64,000 nt of DNA from Sumerlaeia bacterium (GTDB lineage Bacteria; Sumerlaeota; Sumerlaeia; SLMS01; JAHLLQ01). Under the pieces are notes generated by a model. That model was not told the DNA's origin. It made no database searches and saw nothing but the letters and a program-made list of their open reading frames with translations. The stretch covers positions 256,001 through 320,000 of the forward strand of contig JAVJSW010000060.1 in the NCBI GenBank assembly GCA_040219255.1, given 5' to 3'. The position numbers were made by a program, and so were the translations under genes. Shown here in pieces: positions 50,634-60,532 of the stretch (positions are counted from its first letter, which is position 1; every line of letters begins with the position of its first letter).

Positions 50634-50789
50634 TCACCACAGAGACGCGGAGGACGCAGAGGTTGTTCTTTTTATTGAGCTTACTCTGCACCTTTACAGT
50701 ACAAGGGACAATTGTGTGTTCGGGGCGTTGGGTGTCGGGTTATCGGCTTCATTGAAGTCCCTGACTGGGAAGGGGGTCACTCTGTGGTT
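50634..50789. repeat. Periodic repeat (family locus 5)
   Basis: TCACCACAGAGACGCGGAGGACGCAGAG abutting the TAA stop; partial inverted arm CTCTGTGGTT at 50780. Confidence 0.75.
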
Positions 50790-50854
50790 GAGAACCGGGA
50801 GGGCCGCCCCGCAAGCTGCGCCCGCAACTTCCCGGCAGAGGACCGCCCCGCTCT

Positions 50855-51748
50855 ATGGCGACCACGGAAACGATCGGCAATGTCACCCTGGTGCTGGCCC
50901 ACCCGGACCAGGTTCCGGCGCAATGGATCGGCAACGATCGCGTGCGCGAGCAACTCGCCGCGTCCTGGACCACGGTGGCCGAGGACGACATCCCGCTGAA
51001 CCCGCGACTGGTCGGGCGGCCCGGCGTGGGCAAGACGACCCTGGCGTGCGGTGTCGCCCTCGCCATGCAGCGCGAAATCTACATCATGCAGTGCACGATG
51101 GACACGCGGCCCGAGGACCTGCTCGTGACGCCGGTGATCGCCGGCGCGGGCCAGATCGCCTATCACGCCTCGCCGCTGGTGACGGCCATGCTGCGCGGCG
51201 GGGTCTGCATTCTGGACGAAGGCAACCGCATGAGCGAAAAGTCGTGGGCGTCGCTGGCGCCGTTGCTCGACATGCGGCGCTATGTCGAGAGCATCGTGGC
51301 CGGGGTCAAGATTCACGCGCACGATGATTTCCGCATCTGCGTCACGATGAACGACGACGCCAGCACCTACGAAATTCCCGAGTACATCCAGTCGCGCCTG
51401 GCGCCCCAGATCGAAGTGACCTTCCCCGACCGCGACGAAGAAATCGCGATCCTGCGGCTCAACATTCCCTTCGCGGGCGAGCAGCTCATCGCCTACGTCG
51501 CCGATTTCCTGCAGAAAGCCCACGCCGTGAATCTGCCCTTCAGCAGCCGCGACGGCGTCAATGTGCTGCGATACGCGTTGAAAATGGGGAGCTTGCGCAA
51601 GGAAGACCCGCAAGGCTTCCTGCACGAAGCGATCGAAGCGGTGCTCGGCCGCGATGGGCTCGAATTCCTCGACTCCGGCCTACCCGCCGACCGCATGCGC
51701 GGCGCGATGCGGGAAGTGACCGAGGAGGACGAAGAGGAACGGGAGTAA
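50855..51748 (+). CDS. AAA+ ATPase (MoxR/CbbQ/NirQ-like, AAA_5)
   Basis: GRPGVGKTT, CILDEGNR, HDDFRICVTMN. Confidence 0.88.
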   Translation: MATTETIGNVTLVLAHPDQVPAQWIGNDRVREQLAASWTTVAEDDIPLNPRLVGRPGVGKTTLACGVALAMQREIYIMQCTMDTRPEDLLVTPVIAGAGQIAYHASPLVTAMLRGGVCILDEGNRMSEKSWASLAPLLDMRRYVESIVAGVKIHAHDDFRICVTMNDDASTYEIPEYIQSRLAPQIEVTFPDRDEEIAILRLNIPFAGEQLIAYVADFLQKAHAVNLPFSSRDGVNVLRYALKMGSLRKEDPQGFLHEAIEAVLGRDGLEFLDSGLPADRMRGAMREVTEEDEEERE

Positions 51749-51773
51749 AGCGGAGTGGCTGAGGATTTTTCAT

Positions 51774-51895
51774 TTGGCCACAGATGAGCACAGATTGGCG
51801 CGGATGGAGTGACAAACCGCGAACAAGACGGACTCAGCGGGATTGAACCTCCTTAATGTTAGGTCTTCTGTGTTCATCCGCGTCATCAGCGGCTA
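51774..51895. repeat. Periodic inverted repeat (family locus 6)
   Basis: TTGGCCACAGATGAGCACAGATTGGCGCGGAT and TCTGTGTTCATCCGCGTCATCAGCGGCTA, between convergent genes. Confidence 0.78.
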
Positions 51896-51919
51896 GAATT
51901 CAGGCTGCCCGCCGCTGGT

Positions 51920-52363
51920 TCACGTCTCCGGAATCCAGTTCCCGATGTCGTCGGCGGTGCCCGGCTCGCCGTCGGGGCCGTTGCTCCAGAGATCGTACTC
52001 TTTACGGATTTCACCCGGGGCCTTGTACTCGAAGGGGTTCTTCCAAGGGTCGGGCGCCAGGGCGTTGGAGTCGACGTAGGGGCCGTCCCAGAGTTCCTTC
52101 GAGACACTGGACGGCGGTTCGAGCAGGGCCATCAGTCCTTCCTGGTCGGTGGGATAGCGGCCGACGTCCATGAGGAAAAGGTTCAGGGAGTTGGCCAGGG
52201 TGTGAACCTGGGACTTGGCGGCGCCGATGCGGGCGGTCTGGAGGCGGTTCGTGAACTTGGGGACGATGATCGCGACAAGCATCCCCATGATGACCACGAC
52301 GAAAAGCATTTCGAGAAAGGTGAGGGCGCGCCGCGCGGTGGCGCCGTTCTGACGGGAGAGCAT
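51920..52363 (-). CDS. gspG: Type II secretion major pseudopilin
   Basis: RA|LTFLEML; DVGRYPTDQEGL.AL; WDGPY; DPWKNPFEY..PG; SNGPDG...DDIGNW; AAGGAG RBS. Confidence 0.92.
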   Translation of the reverse strand: MLSRQNGATARRALTFLEMLFVVVIMGMLVAIIVPKFTNRLQTARIGAAKSQVHTLANSLNLFLMDVGRYPTDQEGLMALLEPPSSVSKELWDGPYVDSNALAPDPWKNPFEYKAPGEIRKEYDLWSNGPDGEPGTADDIGNWIPET

Positions 52364-52562
52364 GGTGTGGCTCCTTGCGGATTGAACTGATCGCGCACAC
52401 GGACCGGCCAGTGCGTGCGATCGGTCTTGGGCAAGGAGTGAGCCCCGGGGCCGAGGGCTGTGGTTTCTCGAGTTGCGTCTTGGCTGGGCAAAAAGGAACC
52501 GCGAAACGGCCATGCGGCAATTGCAGGATCGCGTCTCGCGGCTCTGGAAGGGGCGAGAGTGG

Positions 52563-53966
52563 TTACTCCGCCGGAAGGGTCAACTCGGCGGCGACGCGCC
52601 TGTCCATTTCGATCGTGCGCCGCAGCAGATCGACGATCGCTTCCGCCTGCTGCTCGTAGCCGGCGACAAGTTCGGCGGGAATGGTCCAGTTCTCCGGGGC
52701 TTTGTCGTAGAACCCGGCCAGCACTTGACCCAGGAGTGTGTCGATGCGGCCCGACGGATAGGTGGGGGTGTTCGTCTCGATCATTCGTATGGTGTGGTCC
52801 TGATTCATGACCACCATCGCGTCGAAGCCAATCCAGCCATCGTTCACCAGGAAGTAAACGCGGTAGAGGCGATAGCGCTGTCCGTCCATTTCAAAGGAGT
52901 AGACATACACGTTCTCGCGGTCGGTCAGGTCCGGGAACGGCGTACCGCGCAGGACGTCGATGCCGAGGGCGTCGGACTGAACGCCGAAGCGGCTGGTGAT
53001 GACTTCGGGGGGGCGGACGCTGACGCCGAGGATGCCGCGATTGGGAACGCGCAGGGCCGCAAAGGCTTCTTCATCGATCCATGGTTCGGCGGAAATCTCG
53101 TGTGACTCAACCGCCCCGTCCGCGCCGATTTTCAAGTGGGCGGTCACCACCTGATGGCCCGCGGGGAAGGGCAGCAGGAGCGCGCCGTTGGCAACACGGG
53201 CTTCACCTGTGGGGTTGTTGGATTCGATAACGGCCGTCACGGCGGGGTAGCGCTGGGCGATGTGGGCGTTCTGGCGTGGCGGGAATTCGGAGAGCACCAG
53301 AACCGGCTGGCCGGGATCGACCTCCGCCACCGCTTCTTTCAGGATATCTTCCGGATTTCGATAAGCGGCCGATTCGAGGGCCAGCGGCATGCCGGAGAGG
53401 CGGGATTTATCCGCCGCGGCGATCAACGTCACGGTTTGGCTGGCGCCCAGGTCCACGCTCTTGTCGTCGTTGAGATCGAAGGGCTCATAGCGGCGCCCCG
53501 CGGCATCCAGGTTGCCCAGGTACATGGGCCATCGGTCGGGGTCGGCGTAGCTGAACCCCAGGCCCGCCGCGCCGTAATTGGCGTAATCCTTGGCGGTGAT
53601 GTGGACCGCGTCGTAGCCCTTTTCCTCGAACCAGCGCCACTGGGGGCTGAAGTACTCCGTCTCGCGGTTGATGTCGGAAACGGTCGATCCGCCGACGTCG
53701 ATCAGAAGGGCGTTCGGGTGGGCGTCGAGAAGACGGTCGATGGCGTCGGTCAGCTTGCCGGTGGCCTCTTCCCGCTGGACTTGGGGGTCTTCGCCGACGG
53801 GCGTGAAGGCGCGGCCCAGATGCCCCGTCAGGATCAGGGTCAGGTCATGGGTTTCGCCGGCGGACTCGGCGGCGTCCGCCGCCGCGAGGGACCCGGGCAG
53901 AAAGGTGATCGCCGCCAGGGCGAGGATATGGGAAGAGAAGCGTAAGGTTGTGCGAGTGGGCCTCAT
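52563..53966 (-). CDS. Secreted protein with degenerate 5'-nucleotidase/metallophosphoesterase-like fold
   Basis: Signal peptide; LTLILTGHLG, LLIDVGG, GYDAVH and YLGNL follow the UshA-like strand pattern. Confidence 0.55.
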   Translation of the reverse strand: MRPTRTTLRFSSHILALAAITFLPGSLAAADAAESAGETHDLTLILTGHLGRAFTPVGEDPQVQREEATGKLTDAIDRLLDAHPNALLIDVGGSTVSDINRETEYFSPQWRWFEEKGYDAVHITAKDYANYGAAGLGFSYADPDRWPMYLGNLDAAGRRYEPFDLNDDKSVDLGASQTVTLIAAADKSRLSGMPLALESAAYRNPEDILKEAVAEVDPGQPVLVLSEFPPRQNAHIAQRYPAVTAVIESNNPTGEARVANGALLLPFPAGHQVVTAHLKIGADGAVESHEISAEPWIDEEAFAALRVPNRGILGVSVRPPEVITSRFGVQSDALGIDVLRGTPFPDLTDRENVYVYSFEMDGQRYRLYRVYFLVNDGWIGFDAMVVMNQDHTIRMIETNTPTYPSGRIDTLLGQVLAGFYDKAPENWTIPAELVAGYEQQAEAIVDLLRRTIEMDRRVAAELTLPAE

Positions 53967-53990
53967 GGAGCGATCTTTCGCGGCGAATGG

Positions 53991-54917
53991 TTATTCGGCG
54001 ATGGAGGCGGCGACGGCGCGAAGGCCTTCACGGAAAGTCCGGGGCGAGTAGCCGATGGCGTCGCGCAGGCGCGAGCTGTCGAGCGAAACGTCCCGGGGCC
54101 GGGGGGCGGCGGTGGGAACCTCGGCGAGAAGCCGGGGCGCCAGGAGCGACTCGGGATGGCCGAAGACCTCGCAGGTCAGCCGTCCCATTTCCAGCCGCGT
54201 CAGCCGCTCCGGCCCGCCCGCGTGGTAGAGACCGAAGAGCCGGCGCTCGGCGATCGAAGCGAGGGCTTCGCACAGGTCGCCGGAGAAAACCGGCGTGCGC
54301 ACTTCGTCGCTGAACAACGTCAGTGGCTCGCCTTTCTCCAGCGTTCCGCGCATCCACGCCAGAAAGCTCCCTTTGTGAGTGGCCGGCGGACCGTAGATCA
54401 GGGCCGCCCGCACCACCGTTCCCGTGGCCATGGCGTTGACCGCCACTTCCATCTGACGCTTTTGACCGCCATAGACCATCAGGGGTTTGGCGCCGTCGAC
54501 TTCGGAATAGGGTGCATTGTCGCCGCTGAACACCAGATCGGTGGACAGTGCGATGAGGTGCGTGTCCGGGCTGTGCTCCTGAACGGCGGCGATCAGATTG
54601 GCGGTGGCGCCCACGATGGCGTGGTGGGCGCCCTGCGGGTCGGTCTCGCACTGGTTCGGGTCGGTCATGGCGGCGGTGTGGAAAATCACGGGGGGCCGCA
54701 TGTCGCGCACCAGGCGCCCCACCGCCAGTTTGTCGCGCAGGTCCACCGGCACGGCGTCGGCGCGGGGGACCTGGATGGGGCGTTGGAGGAAAGTCCCCGC
54801 GACGCGCAGTCCCGCCTGCGCCAGGAAGCGTCCCAGGTGTTCGCCCAGGAAGCCGGACATGCCGGTAACCAGAAGGGGACGCGGGGCCGCCGCGAGGGCC
54901 GCGTAAGACGCCATCAC
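53991..54917 (-). CDS. RmlD-like extended SDR oxidoreductase
   Basis: LVTGMSGFLG, HTAA, LSTDLVF.G, YGGQK, DEVRTP. Confidence 0.88.
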   Translation of the reverse strand: MMASYAALAAAPRPLLVTGMSGFLGEHLGRFLAQAGLRVAGTFLQRPIQVPRADAVPVDLRDKLAVGRLVRDMRPPVIFHTAAMTDPNQCETDPQGAHHAIVGATANLIAAVQEHSPDTHLIALSTDLVFSGDNAPYSEVDGAKPLMVYGGQKRQMEVAVNAMATGTVVRAALIYGPPATHKGSFLAWMRGTLEKGEPLTLFSDEVRTPVFSGDLCEALASIAERRLFGLYHAGGPERLTRLEMGRLTCEVFGHPESLLAPRLLAEVPTAAPRPRDVSLDSSRLRDAIGYSPRTFREGLRAVAASIAE

Positions 54918-55864
54918 AGGGGCACCTCGACTTCGTCGAGAATGCGGCGGATGCCGTCTTCGTCCTCGTGGGCGCTCATGGCCCCGCGGTCGAAGGTGCG
55001 GGCTACCTGGCAGCGGTGCGCCAGCACGGGCACGGCGACCTTCTGGATGTCGTCAGGGGTGACGAAATCGCGGCCGAGGACGTAGGCGAGGGCCTGGGAG
55101 CAGCGGCGCAGGGCCAGCAGACCGCGGGTCGAGCAGCCCAGTTCGAAAAGCGGCGAAACGCGTGTCGCGTCCGCCACCCGCGCCATATAATCGAGCAGGT
55201 CGTCATCCACATGAACCTTGGAGGCTTCCTCCTGCATCGCGGTCACCTCGTCGCCCGTGAGAACGGGGTCGACCTTCGGCTCGACCATCGCGAGGTGTTG
55301 TTCTTTCAGGATTTGAATCTCGTGTCCGCGATCCGGATAGCCGATGTGGAGCCGCATCAGGAAGCGGTCCATCTGGCTCTTGGGCAGAGGAAAAGTCCCA
55401 TGGAATTCCAAAGGATTTTGTGTGGCCAGCACCATGAACGGGAGCGGCAACTGATGGATCTTGCCGTCCATGGAAACCTGAGCCGTGTTCATCGCCTCCA
55501 GGAGCGCGCTCTGCGTCTTCGGCGTGGTGCGGTTGATTTCATCGGCCAGCACGACGTTGGCGAAGAGGGGCCCGGGATTGAACTCGAAGACGTGGTTGTC
55601 CTGATTGTAGATGGTCACGCCGAGGATGTCGCTGGGCAGGAGATCGCTGGTGAACTGGATGCGTTGAAAGGAGCAATCGAGGCTGCCGGCGATGACGCGG
55701 GCCAGGGTGGTTTTGCCGACGCCGGGGACGTCTTCGAGGAGGAGGTGGCCGCGGGCGAAGAGGGCGACCACGGAAAGCTGGACGATCTCGTCTTTGCCAC
55801 GGATGACGCTGGAGATATTCTTGAGGAGTTTTTCGACGGCGGGGCGGGTTGAGTTCTGGCTCAC
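54914..55864 (-). CDS. MoxR family AAA+ ATPase
   Basis: LEDVPGVGKT, RIQFTSDLLPSD, LADEINR, ATQNP, DRF. Confidence 0.95.
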   Translation of the reverse strand: MSQNSTRPAVEKLLKNISSVIRGKDEIVQLSVVALFARGHLLLEDVPGVGKTTLARVIAGSLDCSFQRIQFTSDLLPSDILGVTIYNQDNHVFEFNPGPLFANVVLADEINRTTPKTQSALLEAMNTAQVSMDGKIHQLPLPFMVLATQNPLEFHGTFPLPKSQMDRFLMRLHIGYPDRGHEIQILKEQHLAMVEPKVDPVLTGDEVTAMQEEASKVHVDDDLLDYMARVADATRVSPLFELGCSTRGLLALRRCSQALAYVLGRDFVTPDDIQKVAVPVLAHRCQVARTFDRGAMSAHEDEDGIRRILDEVEVPL

Positions 55865-56225
55865 GAAATTGGACCTTGAGGATGGGAATCGAGCGGGCGG
55901 GACCGTACGCAGTGAGCCAGTTTCATTCCCTGTGGGTCAAGGTCTCTTCGCGCGCCCAGCGGAACGGTCCACAAATTTGAAATTGATGAAGTTAGGTGAT
56001 CGCTCCAGTGTTTCCGATGACACGAAATCACGGTGCCGTCACAAAGATTTAGTTGGACCGTGGGAGTTTATTTTCGATGCGTACTAAGAGATTGCAAAGA
56101 ATTGCGTTGACTCAACCGATCCGAAATGGCTTGGTGAGACCGACTAGCCAAAAGGCTTACGCCACCGTGCCCATTTGGACCGAAATCGGGCACGAACGAC
56201 TCACACACCGGGAGAATCCCGCCTT

Positions 56226-57254
56226 ATGAAAACTTCATTGGCTTTTGGTGCTCTGGCCCTCTTCAGCTTCGCCGCCTCGACGGCCTCCGCACAGATCCTC
56301 TGGCAAGACGATTTCGAAACGGACTCGAGCGCTGACTACACCGTCCTGACGCTTGGCAACGTCCCTGCCAGCGTTCCCGCCTTCGCGTTCGATTATTCCG
56401 CCATCACGACCGACCGGGGCACCGACATCGGCCTCGCCCCCCGCAGCGCTCCTGGCGACAGCGAATCCGCCCTCTACATGGAAGTCAACAACGACAGCGA
56501 AGAAATCGCTAATGGCTCCGGCGCCGTGTCTCACGCCGCTGTCGCCACCAGCGCGTCCTTCTCTGGCGATTATGAAGTCGCCGTGGATATCTTCCAGTCC
56601 ATCAACGGTGTGGATGACGGTTCGGCCGACGGCTCCACGACTTACTGGCATGTGATCGTCAACGCCACCGGCAACCAGGTGTTCGATTGGGACGCTCCGC
56701 CGCCGACCGCCACGACCGACGGTTACATGTTCGGCGGTAACGCCGACAACGGCGCTGGCTCCTACGACTACTTCGCCGTCGAAGGTACCGCCGGTGCGGA
56801 CAACTTCTCCGCGACGCCTGGTGTCATTTGGCCGAACTCCTCGGTGACCGGCACGGCGACCGCAGGTGACAACCTCGGCCGCGATGGCGACGCCCGCCGC
56901 GCCGCTGGCGCCTCCTTCGGTCCCGGTGTGGACGAGTTCGAAACCCTCTTCCCCGATGCGTCCGTTCCTGCGGGCGGCGCCGGTGGCGAGCAGTGGATGA
57001 CCGTTTACATGAAGCAGGTCGGTGGCGTGATCCAGTCGAAGATCGACACGGAATTCGTGGCCGAGCCCCTGGTCGTGTGGACCCTGGACGACCCGGATGA
57101 CACCTACGTTTCCGGCCGCGTCATGCTTCAGCACACCGACATCTTCGTCGGCTCCACCCCGCCCGACGGCAAGCAGTTTGTTCTGTTCGACAACCTCACC
57201 GTCTCCGTGACCTCCGCCGAAGTCTCCAGCGATATCTGGATGATGGTCGACTAA
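56226..57254 (+). CDS. Secreted acidic beta-rich protein, possibly surface-located
   Basis: Signal peptide ending ASA-Q; DDFE...FDNLTV lectin-like frame; ends SSDIWMMVD. Confidence 0.75.
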   Translation: MKTSLAFGALALFSFAASTASAQILWQDDFETDSSADYTVLTLGNVPASVPAFAFDYSAITTDRGTDIGLAPRSAPGDSESALYMEVNNDSEEIANGSGAVSHAAVATSASFSGDYEVAVDIFQSINGVDDGSADGSTTYWHVIVNATGNQVFDWDAPPPTATTDGYMFGGNADNGAGSYDYFAVEGTAGADNFSATPGVIWPNSSVTGTATAGDNLGRDGDARRAAGASFGPGVDEFETLFPDASVPAGGAGGEQWMTVYMKQVGGVIQSKIDTEFVAEPLVVWTLDDPDDTYVSGRVMLQHTDIFVGSTPPDGKQFVLFDNLTVSVTSAEVSSDIWMMVD

Positions 57255-57311
57255 GTCCCTCCACCCCAACGGAGTCCGTCCTCCCGGCCGGTCTCCACGG
57301 ATAAAATCGAG

Positions 57312-57343
57312 AACCCGGTCTGGACTTTCCAGGCCGGGTTTTT
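57312..57343 (+). terminator. Rho-independent terminator
   Basis: AACCCGGTCTGGA-CTT-TCCAGGCCGGGTT followed by TTTGTTT. Confidence 0.85.
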
Positions 57344-57410
57344 GTTTGTGGGGGAGGGAGGCCTGGACCCAGTCGGCCCTGGTTCGATCCCGTTTGTCGA
57401 AAGACTGCCC

Positions 57411-58145
57411 ATGAAATCCGTCCTTTTCCACCCCGTGGCCGTTCTCGCCTGCGCCGCCGCGCTCTCCGCCGGATGTGGCGATTCGGCCACCACCTCCTCG
57501 AAGGCGGGACAAAACGACACGGCGAGCGCCAGTACTCCCGTCAGTGCTCCCTCCGGCGTTTCAGAGGCCCGGGAGACCGCCCCTGTCGCCTTTCGTCCCG
57601 GTCGCGAGAGCGTCGGCACCCCCCTGCCGGACCTGGAACTGCCGCTGTTCGGTTCCACGACGGAGACGCTCAGCCTTCGCGGCCTGATCGACGGCGAGAG
57701 TTTCGTCGGCGTGATCTTCCATTCGCCCGCCTGCCCCTGCGCCAACAATTGCGCCGAGGCAGTGACGAAAGATCTGGCGGACGAGAAATACGGCCGCGTG
57801 AAACTGATCGCCATTGTCAGCGATCCGCAGATGGACTACGAATGGTTCGCCGATTCGCTCGAGGCCCAGGTGTCCGATGGGACGCTGCCGTACCCGGTGC
57901 TTCTGGATCGGAACCAGGAGGCCCTCCGGCTGTTCGGCGCGGTGCGCACGCCCGAGGTGTTTCTGGCGGATCGCGAGGGCATCGTGCGATTTTGGGGCGC
58001 CCCGGAGTCGAGCCTCTTTCCCGGTTCGGACGGCCATCGCTTCTATTTGAAGGAAGCGGCCGACGCGCTCCTCGCGGGTGAAAAGCCGCCGCTGCGTCGG
58101 GCCGAACCGATCGGCTGCCTGATTTCCCAACCGGGCATCTCCTGA
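57411..58145 (+). CDS. Redoxin/thioredoxin-like lipoprotein
   Basis: Lipobox-like LSAG-C; CPC; YPVLLD; FGAVRTPEVF; GCLI. Confidence 0.8.
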   Translation: MKSVLFHPVAVLACAAALSAGCGDSATTSSKAGQNDTASASTPVSAPSGVSEARETAPVAFRPGRESVGTPLPDLELPLFGSTTETLSLRGLIDGESFVGVIFHSPACPCANNCAEAVTKDLADEKYGRVKLIAIVSDPQMDYEWFADSLEAQVSDGTLPYPVLLDRNQEALRLFGAVRTPEVFLADREGIVRFWGAPESSLFPGSDGHRFYLKEAADALLAGEKPPLRRAEPIGCLISQPGIS

Positions 58146-58179
58146 CCGGTTTTTTTTACCCCAGTTTTAAAGGACCGTC

Positions 58180-58686
58180 GTGACCCAGACCCAACCTGTC
58201 ACCGTTGTCTCCAGCGGCCTCCCCATTCTCTATCTGTATCGCAGCGACCAATTGGCCCTGCTTCCGGCGATGTATCGTCAGGTATTGGTTCCCGTTTGCG
58301 TCTGGAATCAACTGCGGGCTCTGAACGGCGAGGGTTTGAACGCGCCCGATCCGGAGCGCCTCGATTGGCTGACGTCCGGTCCGGTGGACCTGGAGAACGC
58401 GCCGCCCAAACCCCGCCACGTCGGGGTGAACGAGTGGAACACGCTGCGGCTGGCGAGGGATCGGCCGAACCCGCTGGTTCTGATCGAGCACCGCAACGCT
58501 CGCAAGCAGGCTCAGGCCATGGGCATGCGATGCACCGGTCTGCTGGGGATGATTCTGATGGCCAAGCGCAAGGGACTGATCGGCGACGTGAAGAGTCCGA
58601 TCCGCAAATTGCAGGAACAGGGCGGGTTTCTGATCACTGAGAAGGCGGTGCGGCTGGCGCTCCAGATGTCGGGCGAAGCGCATTAA
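58180..58686 (+). CDS. DUF3368 / PIN-like domain protein
   Basis: LLPAMY..VLVP..V, ARKQAQAMG...TGLLGMILMAKRKGLI, GFLI, C-terminal GE. Confidence 0.75.
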   Translation: MTQTQPVTVVSSGLPILYLYRSDQLALLPAMYRQVLVPVCVWNQLRALNGEGLNAPDPERLDWLTSGPVDLENAPPKPRHVGVNEWNTLRLARDRPNPLVLIEHRNARKQAQAMGMRCTGLLGMILMAKRKGLIGDVKSPIRKLQEQGGFLITEKAVRLALQMSGEAH

Positions 58687-58848
58687 CGTACCATCGGGCG
58701 CGGGGGCCGTACCGTTTGGTACGCGGGGGCGAGCGCCGATTCCGCGCAACCCGTGCGAAATCAGTTTTCAGTAGGAAGATCCCGGACCTGGCACGAGCCG
58801 CGTGTAGGATGGGATCACCCGACTCCGATTTCGAGAGGCCGCGCCGCC

Positions 58849-60516
58849 ATGGGATCCCGCCTGTTTTTCTTCACACTGCTCCCGGTGCTGTTGGCCTTCG
58901 CCACACCCGGCCCGGCCGATCTGACCCCCAGCCAGATCGATCATTACTTCGAGGGTGTCTGGCAGGCGGAGGGCCTCACCCCCGCCGAGCGTTCCAGCGA
59001 TGACGAGTTCCTGCGCCGTCTGTCACTGGACGTTCGGGGGGTGGTGCCGAGCGCCGAGGAGACGATCGCGTTTCTGACCGATTCCTCGCCGATGAAGCGG
59101 GTCGAGGTGATCGAGGATTTTCTCGCCAGCCCGGAGCGGAGCGAGGCGTGGGCGGCCTACTGGAGCAAGGTCCTGGTGGGAACGCCACCTCAGATCCAAA
59201 ACCCGCTGGCCCAGCAGAAGGCCCTCGAGCCATTTACCGAATGGGTGTCGATTCAATTCCAGCGCGGCGCGGGCTTCGACGATTTCATGACGGCGATCCT
59301 GACGGCGGAGGGCGACCTGGCGGAAAACCCGGCGGTCCTGCCGACGCTGCGGTGGCGCAACGCGCCGGAAAGTCTGGCGGGCACCATGAGCCGGGCCTTC
59401 CTGGGCCAGCAAATCCAATGCGCCCAATGCCACGACTCGAAGGAAAACTCGACTCTGACGCAGAAGAAGTTCTGGGAGCTGACGGCGTTCTTCGGCGGCA
59501 CCCGGACGCGTCGCAACCTTTCCCAGGACGAAGTCAAAGAGGCGATCGAGGCCGGCTCGGGGATGGGCGTGATGGCGCGCATGGACGCCCGAGTCGAGGC
59601 GCGCCAGCGCGAATTTAAAGTCGTCGAAGTGGGCGGGCGCTGGCAGACGAAGGTGCCGGACTCGGAACTGCGCGTGGAGCCGCGCTACCTGGACGGCACG
59701 CCGGCGGTGAAGTCTTCGGATAAATCGCGCCGGGCGCAGTTGGCCGATTTCATCGAGCGCCGCGACCGCGAGCAGTTCGCCAAGAACTTCGTCAATCGGC
59801 TCTGGGCGCGCTATTTTGGCCGCGGCCTGATGGACCCGGTGGACGAATGGGCCATGGGCCGCGAACCCGATCATCCGGCGCTGCTGAACAACCTCGCGTG
59901 GGAGTTCGCGCAGAGCGGCTACGACGTGAAGCACATCGAGCGGTTGATTCTCAATTCGCGCGTGTACCAACTTTCCGCCACGGCCTCGGAAGAGACCGCC
60001 GGGCGCCCCGACCTCTTCGCCTGCGCGCCGGTGCGGCCGCTCAACGCCGAGCAGATCGTGGCGAGCCTGACCCGGGCCACCGGCGCCGATGGCATCGCCG
60101 ACGCCATGGCGCAAGGGCGACTCGGCCGTTTCGGCGAATCCGCCCCGGACCTGCTGATGCAGAGGTTCCACGCCGAATTCGTCCACACTTTCGACAACGA
60201 CGAAATGGAATGGAGCAATGCCTTCGAGAGTTCCATCCCTCAGGCGCTGTTCCTGATGAACGACGAGACGATGGCGCGGACGGTGTCCTTCGCGAAGGGC
60301 TCGATGCTGTCGCGAATCGGATCGACGACCACCGACCCGGGCGAGGTGACCCAGTACCTTTACCTGAGCGCGCTGTCCCGCCAGCCATCGGCCGAAGAGC
60401 TTGAGCGGGTCTCGGCCGCGCTGGCGGCCTCAAAGAGCAAGGTGGAGCAGAAGGCTCTGGCCGAGGATGTCCTGTGGGCCCTGGTAGCCAGCACGGAATT
60501 CCTGACGAACCATTAG
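58849..60516 (+). CDS. DUF1549/DUF1553 domain protein
   Basis: IDHY, FLRRLSLD, FLG..IQCAQCHD, VNRLW..YFGRG, HPALL, SRVYQ, QALFLMN, EFLTNH. Confidence 0.93.
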   Translation: MGSRLFFFTLLPVLLAFATPGPADLTPSQIDHYFEGVWQAEGLTPAERSSDDEFLRRLSLDVRGVVPSAEETIAFLTDSSPMKRVEVIEDFLASPERSEAWAAYWSKVLVGTPPQIQNPLAQQKALEPFTEWVSIQFQRGAGFDDFMTAILTAEGDLAENPAVLPTLRWRNAPESLAGTMSRAFLGQQIQCAQCHDSKENSTLTQKKFWELTAFFGGTRTRRNLSQDEVKEAIEAGSGMGVMARMDARVEARQREFKVVEVGGRWQTKVPDSELRVEPRYLDGTPAVKSSDKSRRAQLADFIERRDREQFAKNFVNRLWARYFGRGLMDPVDEWAMGREPDHPALLNNLAWEFAQSGYDVKHIERLILNSRVYQLSATASEETAGRPDLFACAPVRPLNAEQIVASLTRATGADGIADAMAQGRLGRFGESAPDLLMQRFHAEFVHTFDNDEMEWSNAFESSIPQALFLMNDETMARTVSFAKGSMLSRIGSTTTDPGEVTQYLYLSALSRQPSAEELERVSAALAASKSKVEQKALAEDVLWALVASTEFLTNH

Positions 60517-60532
60517 CCTCGCGAAATGGGAA

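Noticed and set aside
52364-52562. Possible c-di-GMP riboswitch before gspG
   Set aside because: Conserved GEMM elements are not present in the right order on the coding strand.
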